From the NCBI GenBank assembly GCA_963704755.1, contig OY969938.1, positions 3,210,001 through 3,242,000 of the forward strand: DNA of 32,000 bases, in the 5' to 3' direction. This document shows positions 24,301-31,540 of the stretch, piece by piece. The notes beneath the pieces were generated by a model, which saw only the letters and a list, made by a program, of their open reading frames with translations, searched no databases and was not told where the DNA came from. Both the position numbers and the translations under genes were made by a program. The stretch comes from an uncultured Chloroflexia bacterium. Its GTDB lineage: Bacteria > Chloroflexota > Anaerolineae > Anaerolineales > Anaerolineaceae. Every line of letters starts with the position of its first letter. Position 1 is the first letter of the stretch.

Positions 24301-24540
24301 AATTGGATCTATGGCTGCCTGGGGACAGGTGCAGGTTGCCTTGAGCTGGTTTTGGGAGTTGGTAGAGAATGCCACCCGGTAATCGTCATTTTTGCCTTCG
24401 ACCCGACAAACTGCGTGTTCCGCGTGATATTGCAGGTCAGTGACCCGCCCATCGCGATAATACTGTATCCCGCGTTGGATCGTTTTATAGTCGGTGCGGT
24501 TGTTAAAGGGAAAGGCATCCAGTTGATTGGCAGTGATCAT
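21331..24540 (-). CDS. SWIM zinc-finger + SNF2-family helicase/ATPase
   Basis: 1069 aa. SWIM CxCx(n)CxH is present as [14 protein letters not shown]. SNF2_N motifs include [11 protein letters not shown] and [13 protein letters not shown]. The Helicase_C motif is [33 protein letters not shown]. Confidence 0.9.
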   Translation of the reverse strand: [1069 protein letters not shown]

Positions 24541-24830
24541 AACTTTCCTTGGAATTTAATGCTAAAAGAGTGCCTCTGGCGTCCAGGCCACCGAACAGGT
24601 GTAGTTGAGCTCTGGATAAATTATAAATTCTTATCAGGGGGAAATCAGGAGAATTTTGGGCTTTCTTTAAAGGAGTTAGGGGAGGCGCGGCAGGCCGGTA
24701 AGGGCCTGGATTGGCCGGTGTAGACTCTCTCGCCGGGCCATCGGTTTTGGCGGGTGCGTTGGTACGCGCCAGAGGCGCCGGCGATTCGAAGTTTCCGGTG
24801 CCAAAGCGATGCAGATTAAATTCTTTCTGC

Positions 24831-24882
24831 AATCTGTAGATCAAAAAAGATGCCGGATGGCATCTTTTTTGATCTACAGATT
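24831..24882. repeat. Long perfect palindrome H6 (24-bp stem, GGAT loop); the apex doubles as a bidirectional terminator
   Basis: AATCTGTAGATCAAAAAAGATGCC-GGAT-GGCATCTTTTTTGATCTACAGATT. The inner GATGCC/GGCATC stem is flanked by A6/T6 tracts. Confidence 0.9.
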
Positions 24883-24900
24883 TAATCGATCCATATTAGG

Positions 24901-25317
24901 CTAGTATTTTTTAGTGTAATACGTCGCGAAGCCTACATAGAGGATTGCTTCGATAACCAGCAGCGCGGCCAGGGTCAAGGCGATATCGCGGTTGCCGAAG
25001 ATATCGGCGACGAGTGCGCCGGCGCTGACCAGCATGAGGGTCACAAAATAGACCGATGAGTGGATTTTTTGGCGCAGGAATTGGGTGCGTTCTTCAGTCT
25101 TGGCGATCTCGACCTGCTCGGCTTTCTGCGGGTTACGCATCAGGCGGGCGCTCAGGACGATCCCGCCAACGCCCGTGACCGAGAAGCCGGCTACAATCCC
25201 GGTGATGATGCCTTCCCGCTGGCCGGCCGGCGACCACAAAAGGGCCGCGGTAAGCAGCAGCCCACCTACGACCAGGTACAGGATAAAGAAAACCAGCAGT
25301 CTTTTTGCGTATTTCAT
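24901..25317 (-). CDS. Small integral membrane protein (4 predicted TM segments), partner of the XRE regulator
   Basis: 138 aa with hydrophobic segments [56 protein letters not shown] and [18 protein letters not shown]. It overlaps the upstream gene by 4 nt (ATGA). Confidence 0.7.
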   Translation of the reverse strand: MKYAKRLLVFFILYLVVGGLLLTAALLWSPAGQREGIITGIVAGFSVTGVGGIVLSARLMRNPQKAEQVEIAKTEERTQFLRQKIHSSVYFVTLMLVSAGALVADIFGNRDIALTLAALLVIEAILYVGFATYYTKKY

Positions 25318-25517
25318 TGTTCTTCCTCCCCAAAGATAAATACTTGCTCAATGGTCCGCCCGAAAACTTTGGCGATGTTGTAGGCCAGGAATATGGACGG
25401 GTTATATTTGCCGTTTTCCAGGGAGATGATGGTCTGGCGGGTAACGCGGCAGCGCTCGGCCAGCTCTTCCTGGGTCAGGCGGTTTTCCTTGCGAAGCTCT
25501 TGAATATGGTTTTTCAT
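25314..25517 (-). CDS. XRE-family helix-turn-helix transcriptional regulator (67 aa)
   Basis: HTH_3 signature [36 protein letters not shown] upstream. Confidence 0.88.
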   Translation of the reverse strand: MKNHIQELRKENRLTQEELAERCRVTRQTIISLENGKYNPSIFLAYNIAKVFGRTIEQVFIFGEEEQ

Positions 25518-25530
25518 GGCCTGCCTCCGA

Positions 25531-25582
25531 TGTAAAGGTTACTTTACAAAATAAGTATAGTTTGCTTTACATTTTTTGTCAA
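25531..25582 (-). promoter_or_regulatory. Consensus promoter TTGACA-17-TATACT with a palindromic operator in the 5' UTR of the XRE gene
   Basis: Minus strand has TTGACA (comp. 25577-25582) and TATACT (comp. 25554-25559). The palindrome TGTAAAG-GTTA-CTTTACA lies at 25531-25548, and an extra CTTTACA half-site sits in the spacer. Confidence 0.65.
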
Positions 25583-25629
25583 TAGAGGAGTTTGGCCACA
25601 GATGGGCACGAATGGACACAGATAAATTT

Positions 25630-25676
25630 AAAATAGGGTGTATGCCGGGGCTTTGCCCCGGCATACACCCTATTTT
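25630..25676. repeat. Perfect palindrome H7 (22-bp stem, TTT loop), terminator-compatible at the end of the cob operon
   Basis: AAAATAGGGTGTATGCCGGGGC-TTT-GCCCCGGCATACACCCTATTTT, 20 nt downstream of the cobU stop. Confidence 0.9.
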
Positions 25677-25695
25677 CGAGTTGTTTTAAATAAAC

Positions 25696-26271
25696 CTATT
25701 TAAACTGCATGGGCAGGCCGGCGACCAGGAAATAGACTTCGTCCGCCTGGCGGGCCAGCTCCTGGTTGGCGCGGCCGATCAGGTCGCGATAGGCGCGACC
25801 CAGGTCGTAGGCCGGGACCAGCCCCAGGCCGACCTCGTTGGAAACCACCAGGATGGTCACGTCCTGGCTGCGGACGTACTCGACCAGGGCGGCGATATCG
25901 GCGCGGACGGCTGCTTCGATGGCTTCGTCGAACGGGTCCGCGGAAGGCGGGCCGAAGGGATCGTCCAGCGGGGCGGAGGCTTCCATCAGGTAATTCGAGA
26001 TCAACACCGTCAGGCATTCCAGCAAGATGACGTCCACATCCGCGTCGAGTGCGCGGATGGCCTGGGCTACCCGGCGCGGCGCTTCGAGCGTCTGCCAGGA
26101 CGCCGGGCGGGATGCCCGGTGATTTTGGATGCGCAGGCGCATCTCGTCGTCTTTTGCTTCGGACGTGGCGACGTACAGCACCCGCTCACCGCCCCATTCG
26201 CGGGCTTTTTGCTCGGCGAAATTGCTCTTGCCGCTGCGCGCACCGCCCAAAATCAAAACCAGTTTTCCCAC
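25696..26271 (-). CDS. cobU: Bifunctional adenosylcobinamide kinase / adenosylcobinamide-phosphate guanylyltransferase
   Basis: GTG start with GAGGTG upstream. P-loop GGARSGKS. Length (191 aa) and sequence are typical of CobU/CobP. Confidence 0.9.
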   Translation of the reverse strand: MGKLVLILGGARSGKSNFAEQKAREWGGERVLYVATSEAKDDEMRLRIQNHRASRPASWQTLEAPRRVAQAIRALDADVDVILLECLTVLISNYLMEASAPLDDPFGPPSADPFDEAIEAAVRADIAALVEYVRSQDVTILVVSNEVGLGLVPAYDLGRAYRDLIGRANQELARQADEVYFLVAGLPMQFK

Positions 26272-26331
26272 GCTTCACTCACCTCAATTTCAGGAATTAT
26301 TGTAACTGCTCAGCCCAGCGGGGATGAAACC

Positions 26332-26385
26332 CGAATTTGATGTACGTGCGGGGGCTGCTCTGCCCCCGCACGTACATCAAATTCG
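26332..26385. repeat. Perfect palindrome H8 (24-bp stem, 6-nt loop)
   Basis: CGAATTTGATGTACGTGCGGGGGC-TGCTCT-GCCCCCGCACGTACATCAAATTCG. Confidence 0.95.
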
Positions 26386-26481
26386 AGAACTTATTAACAG
26401 GAGCCTGAGTAGTTACGAATTATTTATCAGAGCCAGAAAAGATTATAAGCTACAGATGGCACGGATAAACACAGATTATGC

Positions 26482-26538
26482 CCTCGAATTATGGTTGGAT
26501 GAAGGCGCAACGCGCCTTCATCCAACCATAATTCGAGG
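26482..26538. repeat. Perfect palindrome H9 (27-bp stem, AAC loop)
   Basis: CCTCGAATTATGGTTGGATGAAGGCGC-AAC-GCGCCTTCATCCAACCATAATTCGAGG, 7 nt from the cobS stop. Confidence 0.95.
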
Positions 26539-26544
26539 TGCTCA

Positions 26545-27273
26545 TCAATGGATCGTAAACACAATTAAAACCAGCACTTCGGTCAGCTCGCAGATGGCGC
26601 CGTAGCTGTCGCCGGTCAGGCCGGGGAGTAGGTGCATCATGTAGCCGGCAAAGGCGAACAGCACCACTGCGGCCAGGATCATGGCCAGCCCGCCCAGCCA
26701 GCCGGCCACCAGCATGGCCACAACCAGCGAGAAGAGCGTGCCGAAGATCACCTGGGTCCAGCCGGTCTTGTCTTTCATGTCGCGGGCCAGGCCTTTTTCG
26801 CGGGCATAAGGGAAGAAGAAGATTGCCAGCGCAATGGCCCAGCGCCCCAGCATAGGCGCCAGCAGGAATGCGGCCAGGCGGTTGTCCAGGCTGCTGATGG
26901 CAAACAGTTTGGTGAACAACAGCAAAATGCCGGCGGCCAAGCCAAAGGCGCCTACCCGTGAATCCTTCATGATCTCCAGGCGCCGCTCGGGGGTAAAGCC
27001 GCCGAACAGGCTGTCGAAGATATCCAGGAAGCCGTCGAAGTGCAGCGCACGGGTGAGGATCAGCCAGGCGGTGACCACCAGAACGGCGCACAGATAGACA
27101 GGCAGAAACAGGCGCAAGACGCTGTGCAAGCCGTATAACACCCCGCCCAGCACCAGGCCGACCAGGGGGTAAAAGGCCACCGAACGGCCCATTTCTTCGG
27201 GGCTAAAGCGCCGGCGAACGACCGAGGGGAAAACGGTCAGGAATTGAAAAGCGGCCAGGAGTGAAATCATCAT
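26545..27273 (-). CDS. cobS: Adenosylcobinamide-GDP ribazoletransferase (cobalamin synthase)
   Basis: The ORF track extends to 27591, overlapping cobT. The real start is ATGATG at 27273/27270 (MMISLLAAFQFLTVFP...). The protein is polytopic membrane with CobS-typical FHFDGFLD-like (LHFDGFLD) and DSYG motifs. Confidence 0.88.
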   Translation of the reverse strand: MMISLLAAFQFLTVFPSVVRRRFSPEEMGRSVAFYPLVGLVLGGVLYGLHSVLRLFLPVYLCAVLVVTAWLILTRALHFDGFLDIFDSLFGGFTPERRLEIMKDSRVGAFGLAAGILLLFTKLFAISSLDNRLAAFLLAPMLGRWAIALAIFFFPYAREKGLARDMKDKTGWTQVIFGTLFSLVVAMLVAGWLGGLAMILAAVVLFAFAGYMMHLLPGLTGDSYGAICELTEVLVLIVFTIH

Positions 27274-27308
27274 CGGTCCGATGGGCTCAAATCTAATGGT
27301 GAGCGGCA

Positions 27309-27339
27309 GGCCATCTTTGCGCGAAGCGCAAAGATGGCC
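27309..27339. repeat. Perfect palindrome H11 (14-bp stem, GAA loop) between cobT and cobS
   Basis: GGCCATCTTTGCGC-GAA-GCGCAAAGATGGCC. Confidence 0.9.
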
Positions 27340-27358
27340 TAAACTTAGCCGGCCGGGA

Positions 27359-28405
27359 TCAGTTCTCGGAAACGCCGGCTTCGTCGAATGTGGCCATTTC
27401 GGCCAGAACTTTGCAGGCAACTTCGGCCAGACTGATGCCGATAGCAGCTCCGGTGCCCTCGCCCAGGCGCATGCGCATGTCCACCAGCGGCTCCAGACCG
27501 AGCCAGGCGACCATGGCGGAGTGGCCGTATTCCTGCGAGCGGTGGGCCGAGATGAGGTACGGCCGCACGGCCGGGGCAATCGCCACGGCAATCATGGCGG
27601 CGGCAGTCGAGATGAAGCCATCCACCATGACCGGTTTGTGCTGGGCGGCCGCGCCGAGCATTACGCCGGCCAGCCCGCCGATCTCGAACCCGCCGACTTT
27701 GGCGAGGATGTCCAGCCCGTCTTGCGGATTGGGTTGGTTAACTTCCAGGGCTTTTTCGATCACGCTGATTTTGTGTTGTAAACCTTCGTCGTTCAAACCG
27801 GTACCGCGGCCGGCAATGCGGGCCGCGGTTTCGCCGGTCAGCACGCAGGCGATGGCGGCCGACGGGGTGGTGTTGCCGATACCCATATCACCGGTGCCGA
27901 CGATGTCCAGCCCGTGGGCGATTTCATCTTCCACCACGCTGATCCCGGCTTCGACCGCCTGGATGGCCTGTTCGCGGGTCATGGCCGGGCCGCGTGAAAT
28001 GCTCTGGGTGCCATAGGCCACTTTCTTGATGATCAAACCTTCATGGGCAGGCATATCTACCGCCACGCCCATATCGACGACCACCACGCGGGCGCCAATG
28101 TGGCGGGCCAGGGCGTTGATGGCTGCGCCGCCGTGCAAGAAGTTGGCGACCATCTGGGGAGTCACTTCCTGCGGGTAAGCGCTGACTCCGTCGGCGACGA
28201 CGCCGTGGTCACCGGCCATAGTAATGATGACCTTGTCGTGGATAGCCGGGATATTTTTTCCGGTGATGCCGGCGATCTGGATCGAGAGGTCTTCCAGGCG
28301 GCCCAGGCTGCCGGCCGGTTTGGTGAGCGAATCCTGGCGGGCACGGGCAGCCGCCATAGCGTTTTCATCTAATGGACTGATGCGGGCAACGAGCGAGTTG
28401 ATCAT
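27359..28405 (-). CDS. cobT: Nicotinate-nucleotide--dimethylbenzimidazole phosphoribosyltransferase
   Basis: The ORF track starts at a TTG (28426). ATG 28405 (MINSLVARISPLDE...) has AAGGAG 5 nt upstream. CobT-typical LTKPAGSLGRLE and GDMGIGNTT are present. Confidence 0.9.
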   Translation of the reverse strand: MINSLVARISPLDENAMAAARARQDSLTKPAGSLGRLEDLSIQIAGITGKNIPAIHDKVIITMAGDHGVVADGVSAYPQEVTPQMVANFLHGGAAINALARHIGARVVVVDMGVAVDMPAHEGLIIKKVAYGTQSISRGPAMTREQAIQAVEAGISVVEDEIAHGLDIVGTGDMGIGNTTPSAAIACVLTGETAARIAGRGTGLNDEGLQHKISVIEKALEVNQPNPQDGLDILAKVGGFEIGGLAGVMLGAAAQHKPVMVDGFISTAAAMIAVAIAPAVRPYLISAHRSQEYGHSAMVAWLGLEPLVDMRMRLGEGTGAAIGISLAEVACKVLAEMATFDEAGVSEN

Positions 28406-28465
28406 GGTACTCCTTTTCGATAACAATAGTTTGGGGATGGGGAACTATAGGAATGGGTAATTTTT

Positions 28466-28501
28466 AATCTGCGGTGCCTGCATTTGCAGGCACCGCAGAT
28501 T
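28466..28501. repeat. Perfect palindrome H10 (16-17-bp stem) between btuD and cobT
   Basis: AATCTGCGGTGCCTGCA-TT-TGCAGGCACCGCAGATT. It shares the outer AATCTG...CAGATT with H6. Confidence 0.9.
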
Positions 28502-28511
28502 GTTCGACTTT

Positions 28512-29375
28512 CTATATCAGGCCGTTTATTTTGGGGTTTTTCGCGGGCTCGCCTTCCGCTATGAACATGGGATATTTGGAAGGGGTGGCGGCCGGTGAGG
28601 CCGAAAGGCCATCCGGTACGACCAGGGGGGTGCCGTACACCGGGTGAGGGACCACGATAGTGGGGATGTGATAGACCGCGGCCAGGTTTTCGCTGGTGAG
28701 TACGTCGCCGGGGTTACCAAGCGCGTATACGCTCCCCTCGGAAAGCAACGCGATCCGGTCGGCATACAGGCCGGCCTGGTTGAGATCGTGGATCACCATC
28801 AGCACGGCCCGGTTGGTCTCGACCGCCAGGTTGCGGACCAGGTTCAAAATTCGTGACTGGTGTTCGATATCCAGGTAGGAGGTTGGCTCGTCCAACAGCA
28901 GAACCGGTGTATCCTGGGCCAGCGCGCGGGCTAAAAGCACGAGCTGCTGTTCCCCGCCAGAAAGCTGGCCAATTCTGCGCTCGGCCAGGTCAGCGATGCC
29001 GACCTGTTCCAAAGCGGCGCGGACACATTTATGGTCCAGCGCGCTGGATTGGCCCAGCCAACTGAGATAGGGTGTCCGGCCCAGCAAGACGGTCTGGTAC
29101 ACAGTAAAGGTATCGGGAAGCGCATGCGCCTGGGGCACCACAGCCATAAAACGCGCCCGCTGGCGGAAATCCATGACGGTGAGGTCCTGGCCATTGACCA
29201 GGACCGTGCCCGAGCACGGTTTGAGAACCCCGCTGGTCGTCCGGATCAGGGTGGATTTTCCCGTCCCGTTCGGGCCAACGACCGCCAGCACTTGCCCGGG
29301 GAGAATGTCCAGGTTGAGGTCGTGTAAGACCAGGCGATCGTTATACCCTACGGAAAGCGATTGGATTTGAAGCAT
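28512..29375 (-). CDS. btuD: ABC transporter ATP-binding protein (FepC/BtuD type)
   Basis: Walker A GPNGTGKST, signature LSGGEQQ and Walker B LLLDEPTS. The cobalamin assignment rests on the riboswitch and cob context. Confidence 0.8.
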   Translation of the reverse strand: MLQIQSLSVGYNDRLVLHDLNLDILPGQVLAVVGPNGTGKSTLIRTTSGVLKPCSGTVLVNGQDLTVMDFRQRARFMAVVPQAHALPDTFTVYQTVLLGRTPYLSWLGQSSALDHKCVRAALEQVGIADLAERRIGQLSGGEQQLVLLARALAQDTPVLLLDEPTSYLDIEHQSRILNLVRNLAVETNRAVLMVIHDLNQAGLYADRIALLSEGSVYALGNPGDVLTSENLAAVYHIPTIVVPHPVYGTPLVVPDGLSASPAATPSKYPMFIAEGEPAKNPKINGLI

Positions 29376-29400
29376 AGCAAGGTTCCTTTTTCAGAACAAC

Positions 29401-30432
29401 TCAGTGGACACCAGAACCGGTCCGGCGCAGTACCCATAGAAAGAACGGCGCGCCGGCCAGGGCAGTCACAATGCCGACCGGTAATACCTGCGGCGAAAGA
29501 ACAACCCGCGCCAGAATATCGGCGAGTAATAGGGCGATAGCGCCTCCCAGGATCGAAAAGGGGATCAGCGAACGGTAGTCCGGGCCATGGATCATGCGGA
29601 CCACGTGTGGCACGATCAGGCCGATAAAGCCGATCAAGCCGGAAAAGGCCACGGCCGATGCGGCGGTCAGGGATGCGGCCAGAATCAGGATGAACTTGGC
29701 CCGTTCCACATGGATACCCAACTGCTGGGTTTGCTCTTCACCGAACTGCAAGACATTGAGGATGTGCCCGGAAAGGGTCAGCAGCACCAATCCCAGGGCC
29801 ACGTACGGCAGCATGGCGACCACTGGGTCCCAGCCCCCCTGGGTCGTGCCGCCGCCCAGCAGCCAGGAAAGCGCATGCTGCAGGTCGTTTTGCGAGCGCA
29901 GCATGAGGAACGAGGTCAAAGCAGAGGCGAAAGAGCTGATCGCCACACCTGCCAGGATCAGAGCGGTGGTGGGGAGGGCGTTGCCGACCCGGGCCAGTTG
30001 ATAAACCAGGAAGACCGTGAGCAGAGCCCCCAGGAAGGCCGCGGCCGGGATGGTATACATTCCCAGGACAGAATCGGACCAGTGCAGGGCGATGGCGAGC
30101 ACCGCGCCCAGCCCGGCCCCGGAGGCCACGCCGATCAAATAGGGATCGGCCAGGGGGTTACGGAACACGCCTTGATAAACTGCCCCGCTGCCCGCCAGGG
30201 CAGCCCCGGTCAGTGCGATCAGGAAGGCGTGCGGTAAGCGGATTTGGTAGATGATCGCCGAGAAAGTGGATGGCCAGTCCTGGTGAACAATGCCCCCGAG
30301 GCCCGCAAAGAGGATGCGAACCGAAGTTGCGGGAGGAATGAAGACGCTGCCGATGCCGACGCTAAGGATCAGCGCCAGCACCAGCAGGGCAATCATCAGG
30401 ATCAAAGACCGGACATGAAAGGATCTGGTCAT
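29401..30432 (-). CDS. btuC: FecCD-family ABC permease (BtuC type)
   Basis: The ORF-track start (30588) overlaps the binding-protein gene. ATG 30432 (MTRSFHVRSLILMIALL...) lies 13 nt after the btuF stop. Polytopic, FecCD-like. Confidence 0.8.
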   Translation of the reverse strand: MTRSFHVRSLILMIALLVLALILSVGIGSVFIPPATSVRILFAGLGGIVHQDWPSTFSAIIYQIRLPHAFLIALTGAALAGSGAVYQGVFRNPLADPYLIGVASGAGLGAVLAIALHWSDSVLGMYTIPAAAFLGALLTVFLVYQLARVGNALPTTALILAGVAISSFASALTSFLMLRSQNDLQHALSWLLGGGTTQGGWDPVVAMLPYVALGLVLLTLSGHILNVLQFGEEQTQQLGIHVERAKFILILAASLTAASAVAFSGLIGFIGLIVPHVVRMIHGPDYRSLIPFSILGGAIALLLADILARVVLSPQVLPVGIVTALAGAPFFLWVLRRTGSGVH

Positions 30433-30445
30433 CGGTTGGGGTCGA

Positions 30446-31471
30446 TTATTTGAACAAATCCGGGTGGAGTAGTTTGGCCATGGCTTCCAGGCCATCGACC
30501 AGGCGAGGCCCAGGCCGGCTGACCAGGTTGTCGTCGAAGGTGTACACCTGGTTCTGCTTGACGGCGGTAATGCCATCCCAACCGGCACGGGAGGTCACCA
30601 TCTCGGGGGTCATGGCCCCCCAGGTGGCATCGCCGAGCAGGATAATGTCGGGGTTCTCGACGATCAGGTCTTCGGTGCTGATCTGGGCCCAATCACCCGA
30701 GAGGGATGCGCCCGCGTTACGGCCGCCGGCCATGTTGATGACCGTATCGACGAACGAGCCCGGGCCGGCCGTCCAGGGCGCGGTCGGGTCGGTGCCATCC
30801 AATTCGTAGAAGACCAGGGGTTTCTGGTCATCGCTGAGCGAAGCCAGGGTCGTTTCGACGGCGTCCACACGGGCTTTGTAGCCAGCGACCAGCGCCTGGA
30901 CGGTGTTGGTGTGGCCGGTCAACTGGGCCACCAGGTCCAAATCATCGTACAGGCCGTTGAAGTCGGTCGGGTTGGGCACGACGAAAATGGTCAGGCCCAG
31001 GTCTTGGACAGCCTTGATCTGGTCGGCGGAGGTCAATTCGGCCGCCAGCACCAGGTCGGGCTGCAAGGCCAGGATGGCTTCCGTGTTCAAATCACTGTAA
31101 CCGCCGCCAATATCGGTGGCTGCGGCGGCTGCATCCGGGTAGTCCGAATACAAATCGCGGCCAACAACCTGGTCACCGGCGCCTACCGCAAAGAGGATTT
31201 CGGTCACGGACGGGGCTAACGAGACGATCCGCTGGGGCGCAGTGTCGAGGGTGACCTGCCGGCCGGCGGCATCCGTAGCGGTAAAAGGCCAGGCGGGTGT
31301 TTCAGTGGGACTGGGCAGTTCGGTGGGGGAGGCAGCGACGGTGGGTTCAGCCGTGGGCGCCGTTGTGGCTGCCGGTTCTATGGCGACTGTGGGGGCCGGG
31401 GTGGCCTGAGTGGCGCAGGCAGAGAGCAGAACGATCAGGATCAGGCCGGTAATGACGAATTTCTTGAACAA
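30446..31471 (-). CDS. btuF: Periplasmic-binding-protein family 8 lipoprotein (BtuF-like cobalamin/corrinoid binding)
   Basis: TTG start with GGAGG 9 nt upstream. Lipobox LLSAC plus an Ala/Thr/Pro linker. PBP type-2 (Peripla_BP_2) features include RIVSLAPSVTEILFAVGAG. Confidence 0.8.
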   Translation of the reverse strand: MFKKFVITGLILIVLLSACATQATPAPTVAIEPAATTAPTAEPTVAASPTELPSPTETPAWPFTATDAAGRQVTLDTAPQRIVSLAPSVTEILFAVGAGDQVVGRDLYSDYPDAAAAATDIGGGYSDLNTEAILALQPDLVLAAELTSADQIKAVQDLGLTIFVVPNPTDFNGLYDDLDLVAQLTGHTNTVQALVAGYKARVDAVETTLASLSDDQKPLVFYELDGTDPTAPWTAGPGSFVDTVINMAGGRNAGASLSGDWAQISTEDLIVENPDIILLGDATWGAMTPEMVTSRAGWDGITAVKQNQVYTFDDNLVSRPGPRLVDGLEAMAKLLHPDLFK

Positions 31472-31540
31472 TGGTGCGTTCCTCCAGAATAGGGTTGAGT
31501 TAGGTGGTTTTTGTATCTACTCAAGCTTGTGCAAAAAGTT

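Noticed and set aside
26324-26605. 93-aa plus-strand ORF spanning palindromes H8 and H9
   Set aside because: It reads straight through two perfect palindromes in an intergenic gap of a minus-strand operon, has no RBS, and overlaps the cobS 3' end.
26545-27591. 348-aa version of the cobS ORF, and likewise the 395-aa version of btuC (29401-30588) and the 249-aa version of corrinoid protein 1 (to 13123)
   Set aside because: The N-terminal extensions overlap the upstream genes by 50-230 nt, are Arg/Pro-rich and lack family similarity. Internal ATGs just after the upstream stop give proteins of canonical length.
29587-30237. 216-aa plus-strand ORF inside btuC, and similar antisense ORFs in cobT (27390-28016) and the SNF2 gene (21871-22551, 22576-23178)
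   Set aside because: They are antisense to well-supported genes and have biased Gly/Arg/Gln/Asp composition and no motifs.
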